NCBI GenBank assembly: GCA_965228895.1
Contig: OZ245842.1
Location: forward strand, 4,352,001 to 4,416,000
DNA length: 64,000 nucleotides
Direction: 5' to 3'
Source: Alphaproteobacteria bacterium
GTDB lineage: Bacteria; Pseudomonadota; Alphaproteobacteria; SP197
A program made the translations under genes and the position numbers. How positions within the stretch are numbered: the stretch's first letter is position 1; every line of letters begins with the position of its first letter. Below the pieces are notes generated by a model. That model ran no database searches. It had not been told where the DNA came from and was given only the letters and a program-made list of their open reading frames with translations. Below are positions 28,981 to 37,998 of this stretch, piece after piece.

Positions 28981-29340
28981 GTGGCGAAACCTGAGTGGGG
29001 AACCAAACGTCTGTGCCAGAGTTGTGGCGCAAAGTTCTACGACATGACGCGCGAGCCGATTGTCTGCCCGAAATGCGAGACCGTGTTTGAGCCGGAGGTT
29101 AAGCAGCGTAAGACCCGCACGCCTCGCGCCGAGGCCGCCGTCGCGGCGGCACCTGCCGTGGCCAAAAAGCCGGAGGTCGCCGAACAGACCGACGAACTCG
29201 CCGTCGAGGCGGTCGACGACATCGAGGACGACGACGACGATACCGATGCCGGCCTGCTGAGCGACGATGATGACGACGAGGACAGCCTCGACGATGTCGG
29301 CATCGGCAGCGCTGCCAAAGAGGAGGATGACGACACCTAA
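28981..29340 (+). CDS. TIGR02300 / FYDLN-acid family protein
   Basis: MAKPEWGTKR.C..CG.KFYD....IVCPKC plus an acidic tail. Confidence 0.9.
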   Translation: MAKPEWGTKRLCQSCGAKFYDMTREPIVCPKCETVFEPEVKQRKTRTPRAEAAVAAAPAVAKKPEVAEQTDELAVEAVDDIEDDDDDTDAGLLSDDDDDEDSLDDVGIGSAAKEEDDDT

Positions 29341-29364
29341 CGAAAGAGGTGTGACAGTTGCACC

Positions 29365-29393
29365 TTGAACCCGCTCTTTTGCGGGCCTAGGTT
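29365..29393 (+). promoter_or_regulatory. Putative sigma70 promoter of tRNA-Ala
   Basis: TTGAAC-17 nt-TAGGTT. Confidence 0.45.
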
Positions 29394-29438
29394 CGCCCAG
29401 CCGCGCCCAACGCGGCCGGAAGACGTTCAAACAAAGAT

Positions 29439-29514
<76 letters not shown>

Positions 29515-29697
29515 TTTTCCCATTCATCGACACCTGATGGTCAAAGCACCGGTGCTGTCATGAGCGTGGTTTGACCTACCACGGAACGACGGCGCCTGGT
29601 TCTGCTCGCTTAGCCGCAAAATGCGGCTACCCTGTCTTGTGATGACCATATGATCGCTGGCAACCGAGTCTGCGCCAGCAACCCGGGAGCCCAAACA

Positions 29698-30069
29698 ATG
29701 AACGACACGTCAGACGATACCGCCGCCGTGCTCGCGGTGGCCCAGCTCTATTACGATGGCATGCATGGCAACGACGAAGCCAAGCTCCGTCAAGCCTTCG
29801 ATGCCCGCGCCTGCATCATCGGAAACTTCGACGGCGCCGTGTCGTGGATGAGCCTGGATGATTTCGTTCAGGAGTGCGATTCGGTGCATGATCGGGTCGG
29901 CAAGTACGGCTGCCGGCTGGAAAGCCTCGACATGGTCGGCGACACCGCCGTCGCGCGTTTCGGCGGTTGGTTCATCGATATCTGGTTCAGCGATTATCTG
30001 AGCATGCTGAAGACGGAGAACGGCTGGTCGATCGTCAACAAAACGTTCTACGCTCACCCGTCAACATGA
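29698..30069 (+). CDS. NTF2-like / lumazine-binding-like protein
   Basis: YYDGM...L..AF...GDTAVA...FSDYLSMLK...WSIVNK. Confidence 0.8.
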   Translation: MNDTSDDTAAVLAVAQLYYDGMHGNDEAKLRQAFDARACIIGNFDGAVSWMSLDDFVQECDSVHDRVGKYGCRLESLDMVGDTAVARFGGWFIDIWFSDYLSMLKTENGWSIVNKTFYAHPST

Positions 30070-30088
30070 TGGTTTAGCACCGGCGGCA

Positions 30089-30616
30089 CTAGCTCTGGCA
30101 GGAAGGGGCGCCGTCCAAATAAGCCAGGGCGTCATCGATACCGTCCAGGTCCAGATCGACTTCAAGGATCTTGGAATAGGTCAGGATTTCGACCTTGATC
30201 CGCTCACTCGACGCCAGGCTTGTCAGCAGCGAGCCTTCAAGTTTGACGGTCGCGTTTTCCTGCTCGGTCTGCGACGCCAAATGGAGCTTCGAAGCCGCAT
30301 CGGAATCAATCTGATACTGATAGCCGCGCGGCGTTTCGGGCACGACGATCACGAGCTGGTCGTTATAGAGCCTGATCGCGGCATAGCGCTGGTGAACCGC
30401 AAGACACCGGGTCTCTGACGAGGCCGGCGCGTGACTGCGCATGACGGTCCAGTTGCCGAAGGTCGCCACTTCCGCCCACGTATCGGCCCGGGCACCGACG
30501 GCGCCGCCCAAGCTGATCAACATGGCAGCCAGTCCAAAGATAACAGCCGGCAATGGTCGACGAAGCGCAGAGCGCCGATTGAACGGTCGCGAACAGGTGC
30601 TGCTGGACCTCACCAT
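30089..30616 (-). CDS. Hypothetical exported protein
   Basis: Hydrophobic signal ending ARA-D, then FGNW.V......C..V; the start is uncertain (the ATG at 30523 is an alternative). Confidence 0.6.
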   Translation of the reverse strand: MVRSSSTCSRPFNRRSALRRPLPAVIFGLAAMLISLGGAVGARADTWAEVATFGNWTVMRSHAPASSETRCLAVHQRYAAIRLYNDQLVIVVPETPRGYQYQIDSDAASKLHLASQTEQENATVKLEGSLLTSLASSERIKVEILTYSKILEVDLDLDGIDDALAYLDGAPSCQS

Positions 30617-30794
30617 GCGGAAACCCGATCGATGTCACACCGGCAGACGTCGCAAGGTCTCGCGCGACATCTGCTTCCGCACTCTTAATAACCCAAACGA
30701 TCGATAGAATGAATACGCACGCTACGGAATAGCAGTACAGCACCCACTTATGGATACATAGCCAATAGTGCTACTATTACCAATCATGCCACAC

Positions 30795-30841
30795 CCACAA
30801 CATGCAGTGCAGCGACATGGCCGCCACACTACATGTTTGGT
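30795..30841. promoter_or_regulatory. Tandem NrdR-box-like sites
   Basis: CCACAACATGCAGTGC (30795) and ACACTACATGTTTGGT (30826), 31 bp start to start; each has one mismatch at a conserved position of acaCwAtATaTwGtg. Confidence 0.4.
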
Positions 30842-30917
30842 ATTTGGTCGTGGTGTTGCGTGACCTAATCGTTACGCAAGACTGGCCTGTCGGCCATTTC
30901 GGTCGTTCTGAGCGGGT

Positions 30918-31088
30918 TCAGCTCAAGAGATGACGCATCACTTCCGTGACCGACGTCACGCGGTCTTTGCCGGCGCGATGGCGCTCGGACGGATTGACCG
31001 GCCTGGGGACGTCTATGCCGGCGTGTCCCGATACGGGCATCGTGGCATAGGGTTTGCCGGCCGTCTGGCGCGAGGGCGTGCGATCCAT
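30918..31088 (-). CDS. Putative 56-aa small protein (not in the ORF track)
   Basis: CAGGAGAACATC-ATG start; MDRTPSRQTAGKPYATMPVSGHAGIDVPRPVNPSERHRAGKDRVTSVTEVMRHLLS*; mostly G/C third codon positions. Confidence 0.5.
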   Translation of the reverse strand: MDRTPSRQTAGKPYATMPVSGHAGIDVPRPVNPSERHRAGKDRVTSVTEVMRHLLS

Positions 31089-31239
31089 GATGTTCTCCTG
31101 CGATGCGGTCCATGCCCGGCGTCATGCCAGGGTCGAGGGAATCTGGGGTCGCAACGTTTCAGGTCCGTTGTGGCGGCATGGTTCGCCGGTTTCAGTTCGG
31201 TAACAACCTGTCGGTATGGCCAGAACCGGACCCGCACCG

Positions 31240-32445
31240 CTAGCGGTCGTGGCGCGCCACGTCGCCGCCTTTCATCACCAGGCGGACATCACGGGTCACG
31301 TTGATGTCGGCGAGCGGATCGTCGGCAAAGCCGATGACGTCGGCGAATTTGCCCTCGTCGATCGACCCCAGGTCGGCCTCGCGGCGCAGCATCGTGGCCG
31401 CGCCCAGCGTCGCCGCGTAAACGGCCTCGTGGGGCGTGAAGCCGGCGCCTTCGACCATCCGGACGAGTTCCTGCGTGTTGTCGCCGTGGTGATTGCCGGG
31501 CGTTCCGGCATCGGTCCCCATGGCGACGGACACCCCAAGGCGTTTGGCGAGATCCATGTTCTTCAGGTGGATATCGTCGGTCGCCAGGTAGCGCTCCTTT
31601 ATATGGGGCGTGAGCGAGGCGCTGACCGCGTTATCGGCCAGCATCGCGGAGGTGGTGCAGGTGGTCGGCACCAGATAGGTGCCCTTTTCGGCCATCACGC
31701 CATAGACCTCTTCGTTACCGAAGGTGCCGTGCTCGACGCTGCGGCAGCCGGCAAGCGCGGCGTTCTTGATGCCGTCGGTGGCATGGGCGTGGGCGGCGCA
31801 GTGTTTGAAGTTTTCTTCTGCGACCGCAACCGCCGCCTTGAGCTCCTCGAGCGTGTACTGGATGGCGCGCGCATCCTCGTATTCCGACGACGTCATCGCG
31901 CCGGTCGCCATCACCTTGATCAGATCGGCGCCGTTGGCGAGCTGTTTTCTGGCCGCCGCACGCACCTGTTCGGGTCCGTCGGCGACCTCGTACATGCCCG
32001 GGAAATAGGCGGTCGTCGCTGTCGTGATCGACAACAACCGTCCGGCGCAGAAAAGACGCGGTCCCGGGATCTGACCGCTGTTGATGGCGCTCCTGACGGC
32101 AATCTCGTGATAGTCCCAGCCGCCGACATCGCGCGCCGTCGTGATGCCGCCCATCAGCGTGCGCTTGGCCGCCTCCGCCGCATAGATCGCGATCTCTCCG
32201 GGCAGCCGGCCGCTCCACACATTGTTCCGATAAGCCGCATGGGTCGGCGAGCAGAGATGAACATGGCAGTCAATGAACCCGGGCAGCAGAAAGGCGCCAT
32301 CGGCATCGATCACCGTGTCGTCGCCGGCCGGTTTTGCGCCATCGGAGATCGATGCAATGCGTCCGGCTTCGATCCTGATGTCGCCGCGCCGATAGGCACC
32401 CGCCGTGACGTCATAGATCGATCCACCCCGTAGCCACTGTGCCAT
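31240..32445 (-). CDS. Metal-dependent amidohydrolase (Xaa-Pro dipeptidase-like subgroup)
   Basis: PGFIDCHVH, IKVMATG, AHAH, SVEHG, GTDAG and GKFAD. Confidence 0.9.
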   Translation of the reverse strand: MAQWLRGGSIYDVTAGAYRRGDIRIEAGRIASISDGAKPAGDDTVIDADGAFLLPGFIDCHVHLCSPTHAAYRNNVWSGRLPGEIAIYAAEAAKRTLMGGITTARDVGGWDYHEIAVRSAINSGQIPGPRLFCAGRLLSITTATTAYFPGMYEVADGPEQVRAAARKQLANGADLIKVMATGAMTSSEYEDARAIQYTLEELKAAVAVAEENFKHCAAHAHATDGIKNAALAGCRSVEHGTFGNEEVYGVMAEKGTYLVPTTCTTSAMLADNAVSASLTPHIKERYLATDDIHLKNMDLAKRLGVSVAMGTDAGTPGNHHGDNTQELVRMVEGAGFTPHEAVYAATLGAATMLRREADLGSIDEGKFADVIGFADDPLADINVTRDVRLVMKGGDVARHDR

Positions 32446-32560
32446 CTCTTATCCTCTCTCTTTGGCGGTTGCCCGCGCAGTCTGGGCCGCAACGGAGCGC
32501 GTCGTCCAGTAGCGGCATCCATGCTGTCCAGGCGCCGCCGCCGAGACAGCGACAAAAATA

Positions 32561-32836
32561 TCAGGGTGTCGAACGCTGCCTTCGATAGGCTGCGAGAAGA
32601 TCGGCGACAGCCACGCCATCGATCGTGGCACCGGTCAACTGGCAGTTTGTGATCCTAAGGCCCGTCAGGTTGGCGTTCTCGACCTTCGCGCCCGACAGGT
32701 TGGCGTCACTAATGCGCCAGCCCGACATGTTGCAGTTGTTGAGGGATGCGCCGGACAGGTTGACGTCGTCGAACCGCGATGCCGACAGGTTGGCACTGTT
32801 CACGTGCAACACGTCGGTGACGTCCTTCAGCTTCAT
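32561..32836 (-). CDS. Small pentapeptide-repeat protein
   Basis: ANLSA/VNLSG/CNMSG/ANLSG/ANLTG repeats; GGAGG RBS. Confidence 0.85.
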   Translation of the reverse strand: MKLKDVTDVLHVNSANLSASRFDDVNLSGASLNNCNMSGWRISDANLSGAKVENANLTGLRITNCQLTGATIDGVAVADLLAAYRRQRSTP

Positions 32837-32896
32837 GATGAGCCTCCATTCAGAGCCAATGCCACCCTGGGCCCGACGGCGATGATCGCCAGAGAC

Positions 32897-32973
<77 letters not shown>

Positions 32974-33038
32974 GGTGCCGCGGACCTTATGTCAGGCCCA
33001 GCGGCGAAACAAGACGGCGGCGAAACAAGCTGCGCAGG

Positions 33039-33545
33039 TCAGCCCGCGCGCGGCAAGGCGCCCTCGTGCTCCAGGAGCCATTTCTTGCGGTCGAGGCCGC
33101 CGCCATAGCCGGTCAGGGTGCCGTCGGCGCCGATCACACGGTGGCAGGGCACGACGACGGAGACCGGATTTTGACCGTTCGCCGCGCCGGCCGCACGGAC
33201 CGCTTTGGGCCGCCCGGCGCGCTTGGCGAGCTCGCGATAGGTGATGGTCTCGCCTGCCGGGATCGCGCGAAGCTCGGCCCACACCCGCTCCTGAAACGCC
33301 GTGCCGCGCGGTTTCGCCGCGAGCCCGTCGATCGCGTTGACGTCACCCGCCATATAGGCGCGCAACACCTCGGTCACGCCGGCGGGATTGGCCACCCGCG
33401 GGATCTCCGTATCCCCGAACTGACGCTTCACGTAGTGGTCAAGCCGGTCGCTGTCGTCGAACTCCAACAGGCGCAGCGCGCCGTCTTCGACGATCAGCAC
33501 CATGTCGCCGATCGGCGTCGAGAAGCGGTCTTGGCAAAGGCTCAT
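33039..33545 (-). CDS. ogt: Methylated-DNA-protein-cysteine methyltransferase
   Basis: GTAFQ..VW, IP.GETITY and VPCHRVIG active site. Confidence 0.93.
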   Translation of the reverse strand: MSLCQDRFSTPIGDMVLIVEDGALRLLEFDDSDRLDHYVKRQFGDTEIPRVANPAGVTEVLRAYMAGDVNAIDGLAAKPRGTAFQERVWAELRAIPAGETITYRELAKRAGRPKAVRAAGAANGQNPVSVVVPCHRVIGADGTLTGYGGGLDRKKWLLEHEGALPRAG

Positions 33546-33613
33546 GGCGTTACTGTGCGCCGTCCAAGGTGACCGGTCAATCAGCGGCCACCGCGCCTCA
33601 AGAAGACTGCCGC

Positions 33614-34897
33614 TCACCCAAGCTTTGTTCCAACGTATCGACGCGGCGCAGCGCGCTCCTTGACCAGAAGATGCAGAACAGCCGAAAGGGCGCCAAGCGC
33701 GATCGAGGCGTACCAGATGACGTCGTAGTTGGCGTACATGTCAAACCAGATGCCGGCCAGCCACACGCCGGCGAAACCGCCGAGTTGATGGCTCAAGAAG
33801 ACGAAGCCGAACAGGGTGCCCATGGTTCGCGGACCAAACATCGTCAGCACCAAGGCGCTCGTCAGCGGCACCGTCGAGAGCCACAAGATGCCCATGGCGA
33901 ACGCGAAGACCATGACGGAAACCGGTGTAATGGGCTGCGATAGGAAGACCAGGATCGCGACCGTTCTAAGCGCATAGATCGCGGAGAGGACATAGGGTTT
34001 GGGAAAGATCGTACCCAAGTGGGTCGCCAGCAAGGTGCCGATGATGTTGGCAAACCCGACCAGGGAAAGCGCCTGCAATCCATAGGCGCGCAGCTCTTCC
34101 GGCGACATACCGGTGCCAACGCAAAAGTGCTGAACGAAGTTCGGCAAATGCGCCGTGATGAACGCCAGATGAAAGCCGCAGACGAAGAAGCCGGCGGTCA
34201 GGAAAATGAAACCGGGGTACCTGAACGCATCCGCCACTGTCTGGCGGAGCGAGACGCTATCGCTGCGGTCGGTCAACCCGCCATCGGCGTCGGTCGACGG
34301 CGCGGCCTCACCACGCATCATCGGGATGCATAGCGCCATGGGTGCCAGCATAAGGGCGATGATGATCAGCGTGATCCGCCAGTCGAACCATTCCATCAGC
34401 CACGACGCGACAAGCGGCATGATCACCTGCCCCACGGATCCGAGCGCCGAGGCGATGCCGAGATAAAGACCACGTTTGTCGACGGGCGCGGCGCGGCCGA
34501 TTACTGCCAGGACGACACCGAATGCGGTTCCCGATATCCCCATGCCGACCAGCAGCCCGGCGCCCAAATGCTGCGCCAATGGGGTCGTACCGACGACGCA
34601 AACCGCGATGCCCGCGACGTAGCAGAAGAAACCCAGCCAGAGTGCGCGGCGGTCGCCATAGCGATCCGCCACCATGCCGAAGACAGGCTGCGCCAGGCCC
34701 CAGACCAGGTTCTGTATGGCAATAGACAACGAGAAGATCTCGATCCCGCCATCGAACAGGTCGTCGGAGAGCGGTACGACGATACCGCCGAACATCGAGC
34801 GTACGCCGAACGACAGCGCCAGAACGATGCCGCCGGCGGCCACGATGACGTAGATCGACCGATGATCGTGCCTGGATTCTGTCGCGATGTTCGCCAT
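33614..34897 (-). CDS. MFS transporter
   Basis: About 12 TM, GMVADRYG motif A, GFFVCGFH and HQLGGF.GVW. Confidence 0.9.
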   Translation of the reverse strand: MANIATESRHDHRSIYVIVAAGGIVLALSFGVRSMFGGIVVPLSDDLFDGGIEIFSLSIAIQNLVWGLAQPVFGMVADRYGDRRALWLGFFCYVAGIAVCVVGTTPLAQHLGAGLLVGMGISGTAFGVVLAVIGRAAPVDKRGLYLGIASALGSVGQVIMPLVASWLMEWFDWRITLIIIALMLAPMALCIPMMRGEAAPSTDADGGLTDRSDSVSLRQTVADAFRYPGFIFLTAGFFVCGFHLAFITAHLPNFVQHFCVGTGMSPEELRAYGLQALSLVGFANIIGTLLATHLGTIFPKPYVLSAIYALRTVAILVFLSQPITPVSVMVFAFAMGILWLSTVPLTSALVLTMFGPRTMGTLFGFVFLSHQLGGFAGVWLAGIWFDMYANYDVIWYASIALGALSAVLHLLVKERAAPRRYVGTKLG

Positions 34898-35003
34898 GCC
34901 GCGCTTTCGTCCGCCTCGTTCCATCCGGTGGCCGAATCACGTCGTTGGGACGTTTGGAACAGGCGCACCCGGATTGACGGCACAGATAGCAAGTCTGTAT
35001 ACT

Positions 35004-35047
35004 TTCTAAAATCGAATTTAACTGAACTTTTACTTCAAACTATCGAA
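35004..35047. promoter_or_regulatory. LysR-type T-N11-A sites in an AT-rich divergent promoter
   Basis: TTCTAAAATCGAA (35004-35016) and TTCAAACTATCGAA (35034-35047). Confidence 0.5.
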
Positions 35048-35048
35048 T

Positions 35049-35921
35049 ATGAAGGCAACCTTCGACACGGAGTCACTGCGGGCCATCGTGGCGGGCGCCG
35101 ATCTCGGCAGCTTCGCGCGCGCGGCCGTGCAACTGGGCCGTTCACAGTCGGCCATCAGCATGCAACTGAAGAAGCTGGAACAGCAGGCGGGTACCCAGCT
35201 TTTTGCCCGACAAGGCCGGGGCCTCGTGCCGACGGAAGCCGGCGAGGCCCTGATCGCCTATGCCCGCCGGATCATTGCCCTCAACGATGAAGCGGCGGCC
35301 GCGGTTGGTGCGAGCGTGAGCACGGCGCTTGTTCGTCTGGGCCTGCCACAGGACTTCTTTGACGACGTCATGCCTGCCGCGCTCACGGCCTTTTCCCAGG
35401 ACCATCCGAATGTGCAGGTCGACATCCGGGTTGGCGAAAACCACAAGCTGAGCGAAGAGGTCAGAATCGGCCGGCTTGATGGCGCCATCGCCTTTTTTGA
35501 AGACGGCGTCAGCAACGAAGGTGAGCTTCTGTGCACCCTACCCATGCGCTGGCTTGCGCATGAGTCCTATCCGAGCGTTCTATCGGCGGACAGTGTCGAC
35601 CTGATCATGTTCGACCATCCCTGCCTGTTTCGAAAAGCGGCGCTCTCGGCGTTGGATCGATCGCGGCAGCGCTGGCGTATGGCGATGACGACACCAAGCC
35701 TGCTCTATGTCTGGTCGGCCTTGCGATCGAACCTGGGGATCGGTGTGCGCACGGAACATGGGCTGCCGCACGACATCGTCTGTTTGGACGACCCGTCTGA
35801 CCTTCCCCAACTGCCGGCCATCGAGCTGAGGCTTCTGCGCCCAAAGAATGCGTCGTCTCGGTCGCGGGATTTGTGCGAGATCCTGCAACGGGAGACGATC
35901 CGGCTCGTTGCGCCGGGCTAG
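35049..35921 (+). CDS. LysR family transcriptional regulator
   Basis: GSFARAA..LGRSQSAISMQLKKLE HTH; divergent from the MFS gene. Confidence 0.93.
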   Translation: MKATFDTESLRAIVAGADLGSFARAAVQLGRSQSAISMQLKKLEQQAGTQLFARQGRGLVPTEAGEALIAYARRIIALNDEAAAAVGASVSTALVRLGLPQDFFDDVMPAALTAFSQDHPNVQVDIRVGENHKLSEEVRIGRLDGAIAFFEDGVSNEGELLCTLPMRWLAHESYPSVLSADSVDLIMFDHPCLFRKAALSALDRSRQRWRMAMTTPSLLYVWSALRSNLGIGVRTEHGLPHDIVCLDDPSDLPQLPAIELRLLRPKNASSRSRDLCEILQRETIRLVAPG

Positions 35922-35924
35922 CGG

Positions 35925-36875
35925 TCAATCCGCGGCGGCCGCGCCCGCCTGGATTGACGTCAAATTGACGAAGACTTCTTCGAGATCGCTCTCGGTCGTC
36001 GACATGTCTTCGATGGTGAGACCGGCCTGGCGCAACTGACCCAGGATGTCTTCGAGCCGGGTCTGGCTTGGCCGGTAGCGCAGAATGAGGCGCCCGTTGG
36101 GTGTGACCCGGCTGTCCAACCGCTCCAACTCAGCCGGCACGGCGTCCAAAGGTTCGGAGAGCCGTATCGTCAGGACTTTGACGTCCAGCCGCTGTTTCAG
36201 ACCCTCTGTCGTGTCGCGCACGATGAGTTCGCCGTGGTTGATGATGGCGATCTCGTCGCAGAACCGCTCGGCCTCCTCCAGATAGTGGGTCGTCAGCAGG
36301 ATGGTCACGCCTTCCTCGTTGAGCCGGCGGATATAGGCCCAGAAACTACGGCGCAGCTCGACATCGACGCCGGCGGTCGGTTCGTCGAGGACGATGACCG
36401 GCGGGCTGTGGACCATCGCCTTGGCGACCAAGAGGCGCCGGCGCATGCCGCCCGAAAGACTGCGGGCATAGGTCTCGGCCTGTTCGGTCAGGCCGACCGC
36501 ATCCAGGATCTCGTCCGTCTTGCGCAGGCGTTTGGGCACGCCATAGAGCCCGGCCTGCAGTTCCAACGCCTCGCGCGGCGAAAAGAACGGATCGATGTTG
36601 AGTTCCTGGGGTACGACGCCGATGGCGCGTTTGGCGTCGCGCGGGTTCTTGTCGATGTCGTAGCCCCAGATCACCGCCTTGCCGGCCGACTTGGTGACCA
36701 GACCGGCCAGGATGTTGATCATGGTCGACTTGCCGGCGCCGTTCGGCCCCAGAAGGCCAAAGAAGGCGCCGCGCGGCACGGCCAGGTCGACGCCCTTCAG
36801 GGCCTGCTTGGCGCCCGAACCCCGGCCATAGGTCTTTTTCAGCGCTTGGATGTCGATGGCGGTGTCGTTGCTCAT
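35925..36875 (-). CDS. ABC transporter ATP-binding protein (YadG-like)
   Basis: GPNGAGKST, LSGGMRRR, LDEPT and TTHY; no permease gene is adjacent. Confidence 0.92.
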   Translation of the reverse strand: MSNDTAIDIQALKKTYGRGSGAKQALKGVDLAVPRGAFFGLLGPNGAGKSTMINILAGLVTKSAGKAVIWGYDIDKNPRDAKRAIGVVPQELNIDPFFSPREALELQAGLYGVPKRLRKTDEILDAVGLTEQAETYARSLSGGMRRRLLVAKAMVHSPPVIVLDEPTAGVDVELRRSFWAYIRRLNEEGVTILLTTHYLEEAERFCDEIAIINHGELIVRDTTEGLKQRLDVKVLTIRLSEPLDAVPAELERLDSRVTPNGRLILRYRPSQTRLEDILGQLRQAGLTIEDMSTTESDLEEVFVNLTSIQAGAAAAD

Positions 36876-37008
36876 GGCGGCGCGCTCTTAACATGGCGCG
36901 TCACGAAGCGAAACCGGCGCCGTCCGACTGAACTGAGCACCCACGAATCTCGATGCGAGCGATTCGCAAAAGCGTCCGCTATACTGTCTTGTGCGAGAGG
37001 AGTTGTGT

Positions 37009-37995
37009 TTGGCTGATCAAGACACGCAGGAAAACGGGCTTATCTTCGCCGTGATCCTCGACGGCAAGGGCGGTGGCCGTGAGATTGGCTGGGACGGGAT
37101 CGATGCGTGGTCGCCCGGTTCCGGCATGCTGTGGGTCCATCTCGACTTTCAAAGCAGCCAGGCCAAGAATTGGCTTAACGAGAAAAGCGGTATCGACCCC
37201 GTGCTCGCACGAACGATCGTCGCGGCGGACGCCCGCCCGCGTGTGGTGGCGCTCGACGACGCCCTCATGGTGTCGTTGCGCGGTGTGAACCTGAACCCCG
37301 GCGCCAACCCTGAAGACATGGTCGGCATCCGCGTCTGGATTGATCGCGATCGCATCATTTCAGTCAGGCACAGGCGCTTGATGGCGGCGCAGGATTTACG
37401 CGCCAAACTGGCAAATGGTTACGGCCCGAAGACGAACGGCGAGTTTCTTGCCAGGCTGACGGACAGCCTGATCGAACGCATGGGGCCGGTGGTCAGCGAA
37501 CTGGAAGACCATGTTGACGATCTGGAAAACCAGGTGCTGACAAAGGGCCGGTCGAGCCTGCGCACGGAACTGTCCGACATCCGCCGCGTCGCCATTACGT
37601 TAAGGCGCTACCTGGCGCCGCAGCGTGATGCCATGTCGAGGTTGATGCTGGAAGACATGACGTGGCTGTCGACCATGGATAAGGCGATGCTGCGCGAAGT
37701 CGCCGACCGAACCACCCGTTATGTCGAGGATCTCGACTCGGCGCGCGAACGGGCCGCGGTCGTCCATGAAGAACTTGCCGCGCGTCTCGCCGACCAGATG
37801 AACCGGACGATGTACGTGCTGACGGTCGTCGCTGCTATCCTGCTACCACCAAGCCTGCTGACGGGATTGTTCGGCATCAACGTCGGCGGCATGCCGGGTG
37901 TCGATAACGAATGGTCGTTCGCAATTATCGTCGTCGGCATTGTGATCATCGCCGTCGTCGAGTTTTTTGTCCTGCGCTGGTTGAAGTGGATTTAA
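37009..37995 (+). CDS. zntB: ZntB/CorA-family divalent cation transporter
   Basis: LRGVNLNPG, LRRYLAPQR and GLFGINVGG (GIN motif) with two C-terminal TM; GAGGAG RBS before TTG. Confidence 0.88.
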   Translation: MADQDTQENGLIFAVILDGKGGGREIGWDGIDAWSPGSGMLWVHLDFQSSQAKNWLNEKSGIDPVLARTIVAADARPRVVALDDALMVSLRGVNLNPGANPEDMVGIRVWIDRDRIISVRHRRLMAAQDLRAKLANGYGPKTNGEFLARLTDSLIERMGPVVSELEDHVDDLENQVLTKGRSSLRTELSDIRRVAITLRRYLAPQRDAMSRLMLEDMTWLSTMDKAMLREVADRTTRYVEDLDSARERAAVVHEELAARLADQMNRTMYVLTVVAAILLPPSLLTGLFGINVGGMPGVDNEWSFAIIVVGIVIIAVVEFFVLRWLKWI

Positions 37996-37998
37996 GGC

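Noticed and set aside
30930-31304. 124-aa plus-strand ORF
   Set aside because: It has no motif, an Arg/Gly-rich shadow-like composition and overlaps the amidohydrolase end; the minus-strand 56-aa ORF has a better RBS and codon pattern.
35925-36875. ABC ATPase without a permease as a novel stand-alone system
   Set aside because: YadG-like ATPases are often encoded apart from their permease in alphaproteobacteria, and nothing else here is unusual.
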